Origin: Candidatus Latescibacterota bacterium
Lineage (GTDB): Bacteria > Latescibacterota > UBA2968 > UBA8231
Reading direction: 5' to 3'
NCBI GenBank assembly: GCA_963422735.1
Contig: OY730476.1
Coordinates: forward strand, 1,984,001 to 2,048,000
Length of the DNA: 64,000 nucleotides
Under the pieces are notes generated by a model that saw only the letters and a program-made list of their open reading frames with translations, had not been told where the DNA came from and ran no database searches. The translations under genes were made by a program, and so were the position numbers. The first letter of the stretch is position 1, and the number at the start of each line of letters is the position of its first letter. Below, piece by piece: positions 1-9,243 of the stretch.

Positions 1-17
1 TTTAGCAGCCGCTTCAT
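1..17 (-). CDS. 5' end of a gene running off the left edge (MKRLL...)
   Basis: ATG at 17-15 on the minus strand, preceded by an SD-like GAGAGGA and lying just downstream of 53..2536; only 5 codons visible. Confidence 0.4.
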
Positions 18-52
18 AGCAAATCCTCTCTTTCCGTGCTTTTCAACTAGGG

Positions 53-2536
53 CTAATACGCTACAGAAACGATACGCGTTCGAGCATTGCCCTCATTATC
101 GGCTTCGACCGAAATGCGCAGTACATAGAGGCCCGGCGGCACGATCTGTCCGCTATCAGCGCGGCCATCCCACTGCTGCGAATACCCCCCCGACGACAGA
201 TGGCGCTCAATAAGACGCACGCACCGACCGTTCAAATCGAATATCTCCAGATGCACCGATTTCGGCGTCAGCAGGCGCTGCACATCGAAGAGCACGGTCA
301 TCTCGTCGTTGACGCCGTCGCCATTGGGCGTAAAAGGATTGGGATCAGCCTTAAAATTGCTCACCAGGTTCTCGCTCTGCGCCGAAATGTCGGCGATGAC
401 AGCCAGAGAGTTGCGGTCCGAGAGCTGGTCCGTCGCTCCAAAGTCCACCACATCGTTGCCCTCCGCCCTCTGTGGCAGAAAGAAGGCCAGCGTATCGAGC
501 GCACCCTCGCCGCCTGCGACCGCTAGGATACCACTACGGGTAAAACGCCGCTCCACACCGGCATCCAAGGTATCGAGGAAGGCATTGGCGGAGAAGTCGG
601 TGCGGAAATCGATGACCCGGCCTCGGAAGCGGACTTTCACCAACGCATCGCGCACTTGTCCGTCCTCGGCTGGGCTAATGGTCGGGAAACCGACGACGAA
701 CTGGTTATCGGCGATGTACAATTCTTGAAATTGCCCTTCGCCAGCCTCGCCTTCGCCGAGCCCGACGTGGGAGAGAACTTGGACTTGGCCATCGCCCATA
801 TCCACTTCCATCCCCTCAATCTCTTCGGTGCGTGCCGGCGTAAAAACCTGTAGGCGATTGAAGCCGTTGTTCTCAGCCCCTAGGGAAGCTTTCAAGGCCA
901 GAACGAAAGAGGTATCACGGCCGGCGATTACATCCACTGCCGGGGCGATCTCACCGAGTACCTGATCGGTGATCTGTGGGGCGGAGTACTCAAGGCGCAT
1001 GTTACGGATAACCGTAGCCGACTCCGGTGACTGGCTCAGAAACTCTACCTCAATCTCGATAAAGGGCCGCCCACTCGGCGCATTAACCAATTCGCCATTG
1101 TTGGCTACTTGGGCACTGCTCCAGAACTCGAGGTCGGGTTCGATCCGGTGCCTCACGCTGACCGGCAATCCTATGTAGTCCTCGCGGGTCAGGCGGATCG
1201 CCAGGCGATCCTCGGGCAGGGCGGCATTGAAAATTTCGCGGGCCTCTGTGTTGAATTCCGATGAGTCCAGATACACTTCTTGGCCCTGGGTCGAGGAACC
1301 GAGCCGTCGGTCGACGATAATTGCCCCCTCACTCCACTCCACTTCGCGGTCGTAGTAGTTGACGCGGAAAAACACATCAGGCTCGGCAGTGAATCCCGTC
1401 CGCACACGCACGATGGCACTCGACTTAGTGGGATCGCCGATCTTTTTCTCATCCCAGAAGATCCGCCCCAGAGTCGCTGGGGGCACTGGTAGTGCATTGG
1501 AGGTATATACCGCTTCGGGCATGAAACCGTCGGCGAAAAACTCCATTTCAGCCAAGTCGTAATCCAGCGGAGTCTGAAAATCGAAGCGCGCGTAGCGCAT
1601 TTTGGCGGGCGGGTCGAACACTACTGCAATAGTATCTTCCACGTTGACTGGCACACTCGCTTCGGGGACGAAGATCGGAAATGTCTCTTCTATCCTGATG
1701 AACTTGGGAAAGCCTAATGGCCCTGTGATCGGATCTTCGAGACTGAGGCCGGCAATCACCGTCTCGGTCCCAGGCAAGCCGCGAAAGAGGGTGTAGGCGG
1801 AAACGCGCACCGGCTCTTCGAGGCTGGGGTAGAGGCGAAAAAGCCGGATTGGAAAGTAGTGTCCCAAGTCAGTATAGAGGATCCATTGCTGGGTAACGTC
1901 CTGTCCCACCCGATCAATGCGTTCAAAATGAGTCAATGGATCGCCGTCGAAGACGCGCCCCAAGCCCTCCTGCAAACGTATGCCGGTCAAGGCGTTTTCA
2001 AATCTGCCGAGGGTTGTGAGGTTCAGACTCTTGTTGTACTTATAGCCGCCGGGCGGACGGGGAAAAGACTCAGCCACGTTGATCATGGCCTCGATCTCGG
2101 TGATACCGGCCCGGCGCAATAGGTGGACCCCCTCTAGGCTGCGCGGGAAGGGGCTCCAGCGAGGAACCAGCACCGTGCCCTCCTTGACGATCGTACCATC
2201 CTCGCGCTCCGCATCAGTCAGTGCCACCACATCGGCCCTAGCCACATTGAGCGAAAAGGCAAAGAGGATGGAGTTAATCGCCGCATCTATTTCGTCGGAA
2301 GTTAAAGCAAGGGGAATTTCGGGGACAGGTACTGTGCGCACGGGCGCGAGGGGTCCAATGCCGTTTTCATAACTTTCGAGATCTATTAGTTCAATAAAGG
2401 TATTCTCTGAGACCAAACTCTGTTTGACGTCGCCCCAGGTGGAATTGCCAGGAATGGAGAATAGACGCAACTCCGCGGCGGCGTTTACCACCAAACCCGA
2501 CAAAACCAGTGCGGCGACACAAAGCCCGATTCTCAT
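53..2536 (-). CDS. Large secreted protein with a C-terminal FlgD-Ig/T9SS-like sorting domain
   Basis: N-terminal signal peptide; C-terminus PNPFTPNGDGVND...LEIFDLNGR...WDGRADSGQIVPPGLYV is typical of FlgD_ig/gliding-motility CTDs. Confidence 0.8.
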   Translation of the reverse strand: MRIGLCVAALVLSGLVVNAAAELRLFSIPGNSTWGDVKQSLVSENTFIELIDLESYENGIGPLAPVRTVPVPEIPLALTSDEIDAAINSILFAFSLNVARADVVALTDAEREDGTIVKEGTVLVPRWSPFPRSLEGVHLLRRAGITEIEAMINVAESFPRPPGGYKYNKSLNLTTLGRFENALTGIRLQEGLGRVFDGDPLTHFERIDRVGQDVTQQWILYTDLGHYFPIRLFRLYPSLEEPVRVSAYTLFRGLPGTETVIAGLSLEDPITGPLGFPKFIRIEETFPIFVPEASVPVNVEDTIAVVFDPPAKMRYARFDFQTPLDYDLAEMEFFADGFMPEAVYTSNALPVPPATLGRIFWDEKKIGDPTKSSAIVRVRTGFTAEPDVFFRVNYYDREVEWSEGAIIVDRRLGSSTQGQEVYLDSSEFNTEAREIFNAALPEDRLAIRLTREDYIGLPVSVRHRIEPDLEFWSSAQVANNGELVNAPSGRPFIEIEVEFLSQSPESATVIRNMRLEYSAPQITDQVLGEIAPAVDVIAGRDTSFVLALKASLGAENNGFNRLQVFTPARTEEIEGMEVDMGDGQVQVLSHVGLGEGEAGEGQFQELYIADNQFVVGFPTISPAEDGQVRDALVKVRFRGRVIDFRTDFSANAFLDTLDAGVERRFTRSGILAVAGGEGALDTLAFFLPQRAEGNDVVDFGATDQLSDRNSLAVIADISAQSENLVSNFKADPNPFTPNGDGVNDEMTVLFDVQRLLTPKSVHLEIFDLNGRCVRLIERHLSSGGYSQQWDGRADSGQIVPPGLYVLRISVEADNEGNARTRIVSVAY

Positions 2537-2620
2537 TTCGTTAATCCCCAGTAAAGTTTGTGATCTCGCCTAGGTTGATGGACATTGGGAACGAGGGTTA
2601 TACGATACAGGAGCAATACA

Positions 2621-2650
2621 ATAGTAAAAATAGATAAGCGAAAATTTCAA
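2621..2650 (-). promoter_or_regulatory. Putative sigma70 promoter of 53..2536
   Basis: Minus strand TTGAAA-N18-TACTAT in an AT-rich intergenic region. Confidence 0.4.
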
Positions 2651-2654
2651 ATGC

Positions 2655-2686
2655 AAAGAGAGGGAGGATGATTCCCCCCTCTCTTT
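2655..2686 (-). terminator. Intrinsic terminator-like hairpin after 2724..3629
   Basis: 14-bp arms AAAGAGAGGGAGGA / TCCCCCCTCTCTTT with a 4-nt loop; one G-U pair on the minus strand. Confidence 0.65.
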
Positions 2687-2723
2687 TTCTTTGCACAGGT
2701 CAAACAACAGAATGTTCGGTCAC

Positions 2724-3629
2724 TTACTCGCTCAGCGAAGCCTTGATGCGGCCCCAAGAATCTTCTTCGACCGCTGTTTCATCAATGTCACCACCTAGGC
2801 CGACCAAGCGAGCATCGACAAAGCGTTCGGCAAAACGCCACGTTGCAGCCTGACCAGATATGGTGTGGAAGGCACGATCCTGGCCCGGAGCCTGATCCGT
2901 ATCCGGCGTCGAAATCTGGTACCCAATGATATTACCTTCGACGAGAGGCGTCGCGATGCTGTCGTCGGGACTGTTCCAGATCAGATCGTCGAAAGGCGTA
3001 CAGAAAAACTCAATGATGCTAACCGTTGGCCCGTCGCCAATAGAGACGCCACCACCATCGGCATAGGGTAGATCGTTGACCCACTCAGAACCTGCACCCA
3101 AATAGAAAACGTGACGCCCTGAAGGATCATCCGCGACGGCGATGTACTGCTGCGCCGTGCGATTGTTGTTCAGTTTCTTCTCTTCTTCAGTCCACTCCTC
3201 GTTGGCCGAACCAGTGTAGTCGCCTCCAGTGTGGTCACCGTCGAGCATAACTTCGATGGCCTCATAATTCCAAGGACTACTCCCGTCGTACTCCCTGCCG
3301 AAGTACACGTTGTCTATACGCTCCATGGCGAACCAGATCGTGCCTCCATTGCCGTTCCAGCCTGTCCAGATACGGTAGTCAAGGTCCGCCGGATCGTACT
3401 GGGCACCGTCGCCCACTGTGGGATCCTGATAGAGATCAGTAGGGAGAAACTGGGGGTCACCCATTACATCTTCCCAGTCCTCGACGGTGCCATCATTAAA
3501 ATCAAGGTCAGCCAGATCCGCATCGGCAATCTCAAAGAGCAGGTAAACCTTTTCACCAATATGTGCATTAGCACCGCTTGTCAGGCCCAATATCAGACCC
3601 ATAGCGACAAGGCCATATAGACGTTGCAT
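2724..3629 (-). CDS. Secreted acidic protein, CBM9/DOMON-like fold suspected, with C-terminal SWGRIK motif
   Basis: Signal peptide (ANA-H); DGTVEDWED, EAIEVMLDGDH and IEF motifs resemble CBM9-like domains; SD GGAAGGAG; ends TAVEEDSWGRIKASLSE. Confidence 0.7.
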   Translation of the reverse strand: MQRLYGLVAMGLILGLTSGANAHIGEKVYLLFEIADADLADLDFNDGTVEDWEDVMGDPQFLPTDLYQDPTVGDGAQYDPADLDYRIWTGWNGNGGTIWFAMERIDNVYFGREYDGSSPWNYEAIEVMLDGDHTGGDYTGSANEEWTEEEKKLNNNRTAQQYIAVADDPSGRHVFYLGAGSEWVNDLPYADGGGVSIGDGPTVSIIEFFCTPFDDLIWNSPDDSIATPLVEGNIIGYQISTPDTDQAPGQDRAFHTISGQAATWRFAERFVDARLVGLGGDIDETAVEEDSWGRIKASLSE

Positions 3630-3646
3630 AAGCTGTGACTCCTTCC

Positions 3647-3978
3647 AATATCCCTTATAGGGAGTGTGGTGGTGTTTTGGGACAACGACCTTTTCGGCTC
3701 AATCTGCGTAGCACGGGCTATCGCTTATTACCTCACATAGGTCGGTCTTCCCCGAATAGTTAAGCCAACCTTTCCTCGTGTGTATCAGGAGCAACTCGCC
3801 TGACTGAGGCTACACGCTAGCTTACTAGCTTAGACGTAAACCGATTGGCTCCGCCTTAGGTTAGAAGGCTTATATCTTAATAGATAATTAATTCAATATA
3901 GTAAATCCTCCGCTGTGTTGCAAGTATTTTATATTCTGCAGTGACTGGCCCGTTGGCATACTCCCTATAAGGGATATT
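3647..3978. repeat. Perfect 19-bp inverted repeat pair (3647-3665 and 3960-3978) bounding a 332-bp segment; candidate invertible element
   Basis: AATATCCCTTATAGGGAGT at 3647 and its exact reverse complement ACTCCCTATAAGGGATATT at 3960; extends to 22 bp with one mismatch. Confidence 0.9.
3895..3923 (-). promoter_or_regulatory. Sigma70-like promoter inside the inverted-repeat segment, facing 2724..3629
   Basis: Minus strand TTGCAA (3923-3918), 17-bp spacer, TATATT (3900-3895), with AT-rich flanks. Confidence 0.65.
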
Positions 3979-4001
3979 ATCGGGAGTTAAACAAGACGCA
4001 C

Positions 4002-4919
4002 TTATTGAGAATCTTCGGCGCTGTCGTCAGCACTATCTCCGGTGTTATCTCCGGCAGTGTCGTCAGTGCCATCTTCAGCACTTTCTTCGTCCTTATCTTC
4101 TCGAAAGCGAATCTGCTTTATGTCGTGCATACCAATCGCAAACGGACTCGAACCTACGACGCCCGTAAAGGCTTGGTTGACGCGCTCGAAATAGCTCTTG
4201 TCGGTCTCTCCCGAAAGGCGGACTAGGCTCGCCTCGACCATACCCATAACGGTTTTTCCCGACCGATAGGTCGCCGTTATCGGCCTAAACTCGTCGCCCG
4301 TCCCGCCGTCCTCAAAGTCGATTCGCGCCACTTTGTCTAGCGGAATAAAACGCTTGCCGCGGCCCTTGAAAAAATCGAGCCGCTGCTTGCCGTGAAAGCG
4401 CAAATCTTCCACCTCAAAGCGCCTGCCGTTTATCGTGATGATCGTGGCCTTGAGGATTTTTTCCGCAGGCGGCTCCTCGCCGATGGGATGGCGCAAGACA
4501 ATCTCTTGCACATCGCTGGCGAGAATGAAGAACGGCCCTAGCTCAGTCACCCCAGCGAAGCGACGCCCGCTACTTCCACCGCCGACGGCGTCTTGGTGGG
4601 GCGAAGAAGATCCGCCCGTCACCATCGAGCCCGCTTCTTGGCCGCCGTTCCGGAACACGAGCACGACGCGCTGTTCCTCGTCACTGCGCTCTCCTTCGAA
4701 ACGCAATCTAGCAACCCTGACCAGTTCCACCAGCCGACGCTGCCCTTGGACGTAGATTTCCAAATCCTGACGCCCCTGAAAGGTGAACTTATCCACTTGG
4801 TGCTGGTTCCCGTAGCGATCGATAATGGTCGCCTTGAGGGGGGAAGTAGCAGCTCCACTGGCTGATACCCATAGCGCGGCCAAAAGTGCAACTTCACCCC
4901 ATAATCTTTTGCGCTTCAT
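4002..4919 (-). CDS. Secreted hypothetical protein with two internal repeat domains and an acidic tail
   Basis: Signal peptide; two units that both begin LKATII; D/E-rich C-terminus. Confidence 0.75.
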   Translation of the reverse strand: MKRKRLWGEVALLAALWVSASGAATSPLKATIIDRYGNQHQVDKFTFQGRQDLEIYVQGQRRLVELVRVARLRFEGERSDEEQRVVLVFRNGGQEAGSMVTGGSSSPHQDAVGGGSSGRRFAGVTELGPFFILASDVQEIVLRHPIGEEPPAEKILKATIITINGRRFEVEDLRFHGKQRLDFFKGRGKRFIPLDKVARIDFEDGGTGDEFRPITATYRSGKTVMGMVEASLVRLSGETDKSYFERVNQAFTGVVGSSPFAIGMHDIKQIRFREDKDEESAEDGTDDTAGDNTGDSADDSAEDSQ

Positions 4920-4939
4920 GGCATTGCTCCGCGATAAGC

Positions 4940-5635
4940 CTAAGGCTGTGCGGCCCCTTCGCTCCCGCTTTCGCCCGGTTGTGCCGGTGAGGGGGGCGGT
5001 CCGATGAGAATGTTCTGGGTCTGTCCCATGCTTACCTGTACGAGCCTGATTTCGTCCAAACCAGTGGGAGAATTTTCAATCCGCACCTTGTAATCGCCCA
5101 CCGGCACAATAAAGTAGCGCACCTCTGTCGAGGTCATGCCCCGACCCAGCATAGTCCGCAAATTGTAGTCAAAAATTAGGAAAGGCATCTGACTGCGGCC
5201 CTGAGCATCGGAAAAAATGACCTGAAAACGGCCGATGGGTATGGTCGCGTACATTTCCTGTCCCATTAGAACTTCGACTTCCTTCTCGACGCTGTCGTCG
5301 ATATCCGTATTGACCACAACCCGATAACTGCCAGGGTCCAGATCGACAAATTGCGGCAGAGAGCGGTAGCCCGTCTCGTATCCTATGGGTGAACTCGCAG
5401 CCCTGCGCGGCGATTCCGAGTGAACCTCCTCGCCGGTTTCTTCGTCGAGGACATAGTAGTTTACTTCGTTGATCCCTCCCGTCTCCAACATGAGCCGCCC
5501 CTTGCCCTCGGGAATGGGCGGCAGACCATAACCGCCTCCGCTACCTCCGGTTGTAGCACAGCCAGCCACAACAGCCGCTAACGCACCGACCAGAAGCCAC
5601 TTACGCACCTGCGTATATTCGACTTTCGACGCCAT
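4940..5635 (-). CDS. Hypothetical lipoprotein with PEGA/Ig-like beta domains
   Basis: Lipobox VVAGC; repeated LDPGSYRV / VPVGDYKV motifs; SD AAGGAGG. Confidence 0.7.
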   Translation of the reverse strand: MASKVEYTQVRKWLLVGALAAVVAGCATTGGSGGGYGLPPIPEGKGRLMLETGGINEVNYYVLDEETGEEVHSESPRRAASSPIGYETGYRSLPQFVDLDPGSYRVVVNTDIDDSVEKEVEVLMGQEMYATIPIGRFQVIFSDAQGRSQMPFLIFDYNLRTMLGRGMTSTEVRYFIVPVGDYKVRIENSPTGLDEIRLVQVSMGQTQNILIGPPPSPAQPGESGSEGAAQP

Positions 5636-5726
5636 CTTTCCCTCCTTGCGACGAGCTGTAGAAAAAGGACTTAACTACCTAAGAGCCAAGATGGTGAACA
5701 TAATATAGACCCTCGGCCGCTGTCAA

Positions 5727-7337
5727 CTACTCGTCGCGCCCCGCGAGAGATACGAGGATGAAGTGCCGATCCTTTCTTGGCTGCCGGCTGACGAAGCGCA
5801 TAAATTCTGCTTTGTCGTGCCATTGGCGCGGGTGCGCCGAAGGAATCGTCACACCCCGACGCAAAAGGTCTTGCCAAAAAGACTCGTTCCCCACGACGAA
5901 GCCGGCCGCCACTAGGAAATAGTCTGCGCCCTCAGCCGCGAGGCTGTCGAGCCGCTCGGGCGCAAACTCAGGCGGAGTTATTTGCCATCCCTTGCGATGG
6001 CAGTAGTAGAGCAAGGTCGGGCTTTGCGCTCGGTGCGGTACCCCGGTGTTTTCGTCCTCGTCGCCGATGACCAGAAGCGCATCCTGCGGCAACCTGGCGT
6101 CGAGTATCCGCCCCACCAAGTGGCAGCTCTGGTAGTAGTTATGCAAATTATTGGGCTGCACGTAATACGGCCCAACCGCCCAAGCACTGTAGGCGGCGAC
6201 CCCGACGATCAAGGTACATACCAAAACGACGCGCCAGCGGTATTTCCAGTTCCGTGCGAACCGACACCATCCCGCCGATGCAGTACCTGCCTCGATAATG
6301 GCTTTGAGCACCCGTCCAGCTAGAAGGGCCCCAACCGGGGCAAAGGGTAGCTGGTAGTAATGCAGTCTGCGATTGCCCTCGGGGATGACCAAGACATAGA
6401 GCACCAGCCCTCCCATCCACACCCAGAGCATCCACTCTCGCCGTTGGGTAGGTGCTAGGGCAAGTCCGGCCAAAACCAGCACCACTCCCACAGGCGTATA
6501 GACGCTGTTCCAGAAGCGCTTCAAGATCGTCAGATAAAAATCAGCCGTAAAGAGCAGGCTGCGGTCCCACTTGTCATAGCCGTAGCGGTTCCAAATGCCA
6601 AACGTCAGGCCGGTTTCTTCAAAGAGCAGGTTGGCGTGCCAGTACCAGAACACGGCAGGAGCCAAGGCCAGCACGAGGTAGAGCCAAAGCGCGGGCTTGA
6701 GGACAAAGTTCCATCCCCAGCGCACCCAAGCTAAGGCGACCAGCGGAAAACCGAGATAGAGGGTAGGTATTTTGACGAGAAAACACAGGGCAGCCAAAAG
6801 GGCAGCCAGCGCGAAGTCCCATCGGCGACCGCTGTCAATCCACCGCGCGAAAGCCCAAAGCGACCCCACGCTCAAAAGGATCATCAGCGCCTCGGGCATA
6901 AAGGTACGCCCATAGTAGATGCCCATGGGAAAAAGCAAATAGAGCAGGGCAGCTAACAGAGCACCCGGCTTCCCCATGCCCAATCGTAGGGCCAGCCAGT
7001 AGAGCAGGGCTGCCGCTGCCGTCGAGCACAACGCCGCTAAGAGCCTGCCCAGCCACTCATAGGGACCGTCGGCTGCGGCGTAGAGCAGGGCAACAACGAA
7101 GGGGTACAGAGGAAAATTCGTCTCCACATACCCAAGGGTGGTACCGCGCCAATCGACGCGCGGATAGAAGAGTGAATACCCCTCTTCGTAAAAGTTGCGG
7201 GCTATGGCGGCCGTATCCGTCTGGCGCCAAGCCTGCTTGTCGGTCAGGGGATCTTGCAGGTTTACAAACCGCAGAGCCAGCCCTAGGGCGAGGGCGACAT
7301 AGAGATAAGAAGCGCCCGTAGCCCCCTTCGTTTGCAT
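5727..7337 (-). CDS. ArnT/PMT-like (GT39/GT83) integral membrane glycosyltransferase
   Basis: WRQTDTAAIARNF motif, FPLY, MPE, many transmembrane helices. Confidence 0.85.
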   Translation of the reverse strand: MQTKGATGASYLYVALALGLALRFVNLQDPLTDKQAWRQTDTAAIARNFYEEGYSLFYPRVDWRGTTLGYVETNFPLYPFVVALLYAAADGPYEWLGRLLAALCSTAAAALLYWLALRLGMGKPGALLAALLYLLFPMGIYYGRTFMPEALMILLSVGSLWAFARWIDSGRRWDFALAALLAALCFLVKIPTLYLGFPLVALAWVRWGWNFVLKPALWLYLVLALAPAVFWYWHANLLFEETGLTFGIWNRYGYDKWDRSLLFTADFYLTILKRFWNSVYTPVGVVLVLAGLALAPTQRREWMLWVWMGGLVLYVLVIPEGNRRLHYYQLPFAPVGALLAGRVLKAIIEAGTASAGWCRFARNWKYRWRVVLVCTLIVGVAAYSAWAVGPYYVQPNNLHNYYQSCHLVGRILDARLPQDALLVIGDEDENTGVPHRAQSPTLLYYCHRKGWQITPPEFAPERLDSLAAEGADYFLVAAGFVVGNESFWQDLLRRGVTIPSAHPRQWHDKAEFMRFVSRQPRKDRHFILVSLAGRDE

Positions 7338-7343
7338 GTCAGA

Positions 7344-8519
7344 TCAGTAGGGGCGCCAGCTTGGCGACATATCGTCGCGGTCTTCGTTGTCGGTCAGGTT
7401 GATTGGCATCATCGGCGGAGCGTCCATCTCATCCAAGTCAAATCCGGCCGTTCCGATCAAGTAAATGTCGTATTCGTCGTCTCCCATCTTGCCCGCATAA
7501 GCTATCCCCTTGCCGTCGGGCGAAAAGACGGGCTCTTGCTCGTAGGTCTCCTCGGCAATTGAGATGCGGGTCTGCCCTTGGCCATCGGCCCGCATGATCA
7601 TCAGCTCTTGGCCGCCAAATGCCTCCGAGTTGTAAACCAAGCGGTCGCCCTTGGGAGAAAACGACGCAAACCAGTCAAACTTGCGCCGATTCTCGGTGAG
7701 GCGAGTCCGATTCGACCCATCGAGATCAATGAGGTAGATCTCGTCGTTGTCGTCAAAGGCCGAAGAAGTGAAGGCGATGCGGCGGCCATCGGGCGAAAAC
7801 GAAGGCTCGCGGCCCTGGACCAGCTTGCGCGGGTTGGACCCGTCGGCGGCCATGAGCCAGACGGCCACATCGCCATCGCGCAGGCTGACGAAGGCAATTG
7901 TCTCGCTGTCGGGCGAAAAAACGCCGCGCTGATCGCGCTCGGGATGTTCGGTTAGGCGCACGAGATTAGCGCTATCGGCATCCATGACGTAGAGATCGAT
8001 GTTGGTCACCACGTCGCCGCGAGTGAAGAGGATCTTCTTACCGTCGGGCGACCAAGAGGGATGCTGCTCGGGTTCGGGAGTGTCGGTTAGCTGCTGGCGG
8101 TCGCTGCCATCTGCTTTGATGGTAAACAAGTCCCAGTTGCGGACATTTTTCTTGGTCGAGGCGTAGAGGATTGTGCCCTCGCGTTTGAAAGCGGCATTGC
8201 TCCCCGTGGGAATGTCGAAGGTTGCCTCGTAGGTCCGCACACCCCATAGCGGCGGAGATTCCACTTGCAAGACCTTGTTTTCCATATAATCCCCCGCGAC
8301 GACATTGACTGCGTACGCACCGCGGCCCAATTCGATATTGCTGTCCGGCTCGGGCAAGGCGTAGGTTCCGGCTTTGACCAAGTGGTTGTATTTGTATTGG
8401 ACGTCATTGGCGTCCAAGCGCACGAACTGGCCGTCTCCGCCTCTGATCTCGATTTTGACTTGGTTCGAGCCACATCCTGCGATCGCGACAGCTAAAACCA
8501 ATGCAGATAGCTTGAACAT
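7344..8519 (-). CDS. TolB-like PD40 beta-propeller lipoprotein
   Basis: Lipobox IAGC; repeated PSWSPDG/FSPDG motifs. Confidence 0.85.
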   Translation of the reverse strand: MFKLSALVLAVAIAGCGSNQVKIEIRGGDGQFVRLDANDVQYKYNHLVKAGTYALPEPDSNIELGRGAYAVNVVAGDYMENKVLQVESPPLWGVRTYEATFDIPTGSNAAFKREGTILYASTKKNVRNWDLFTIKADGSDRQQLTDTPEPEQHPSWSPDGKKILFTRGDVVTNIDLYVMDADSANLVRLTEHPERDQRGVFSPDSETIAFVSLRDGDVAVWLMAADGSNPRKLVQGREPSFSPDGRRIAFTSSAFDDNDEIYLIDLDGSNRTRLTENRRKFDWFASFSPKGDRLVYNSEAFGGQELMIMRADGQGQTRISIAEETYEQEPVFSPDGKGIAYAGKMGDDEYDIYLIGTAGFDLDEMDAPPMMPINLTDNEDRDDMSPSWRPY

Positions 8520-8555
8520 GTATTCTCCTTACTGAGTTATTGCACACTCGGCCGA

Positions 8556-9239
8556 TCAGGCTAGACCGCTGAGTACCCGCAAGCGCTGGTCGAGATGATC
8601 CATCAGCTCGTTGACATTGGCGAAAGAAGTCGCGTAGAGGGGTTCGTCAATCCGAAAGTACACCCGAGCCCCGGGCCGAGCGTAGCTATCGTATTCCAGT
8701 CCTATGGGAATCAGCGGTACGCGCATCCCCAACCGATCTTCGGCCTGTACCATATGCTCGACTACTTCCTTTTGCAGGGGCCCCAACTTGTCTTGATAGC
8801 GCATGCCTTCCGGGTGCGAGACAACCAATTCCCCGCGCTGGTACAGCCCGTCTAAATAGTCTTGCATCTGCTGGTTGGCCGCGCGGGCCCGCCGAATCTC
8901 GGCGCGGCGTTGCTCCCGATCTGGGATCCGCCTAATGTCTTTGGGCCGCACCACTTTGACCCCCCCCATCCACTCCAGTATCCCCCACAGGCCAACCTTC
9001 ATAATGTAATTGGCATAGCGCCGGGTGACCCTGTACAGCAAGACCCCTTCGAGCAGAATGTCGCGGTACGCGCAATGTTTGGGCAAAATCAGGGCCGGCC
9101 CCTCGCGCGGCAGATTGCGACCGCCCTCGATCGCTAAGCGGTGATACCGCATAGCACCTGCCGCGAGCAAGCGAGCACAACAGGCGAGGGCATCTACGCG
9201 CTTGATGGAAAAGTCTCTATGCTCAGGCTCTACGGACAT
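8556..9239 (-). CDS. Lysophospholipid/1-acyl-glycerol-3-phosphate acyltransferase family protein
   Basis: HxxxxD motif (HCAYRD), PEG motif (HPEGMR), VPLIPIGL. Confidence 0.8.
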   Translation of the reverse strand: MSVEPEHRDFSIKRVDALACCARLLAAGAMRYHRLAIEGGRNLPREGPALILPKHCAYRDILLEGVLLYRVTRRYANYIMKVGLWGILEWMGGVKVVRPKDIRRIPDREQRRAEIRRARAANQQMQDYLDGLYQRGELVVSHPEGMRYQDKLGPLQKEVVEHMVQAEDRLGMRVPLIPIGLEYDSYARPGARVYFRIDEPLYATSFANVNELMDHLDQRLRVLSGLA

Positions 9240-9243
9240 GGTT

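Noticed and set aside
3760-3778. GAGGAAAG...GGCTTA on the minus strand resembling RNase P RNA P4 motifs
   Set aside because: The two pieces are adjacent rather than hundreds of nt apart, and the conserved GTCC continuation is missing.
7347-7368. GTAG followed by a small hairpin at the end of the TolB-like gene
   Set aside because: The stem is only about 5 bp and is explained by the encoded PD40-type SPSWRPY sequence.
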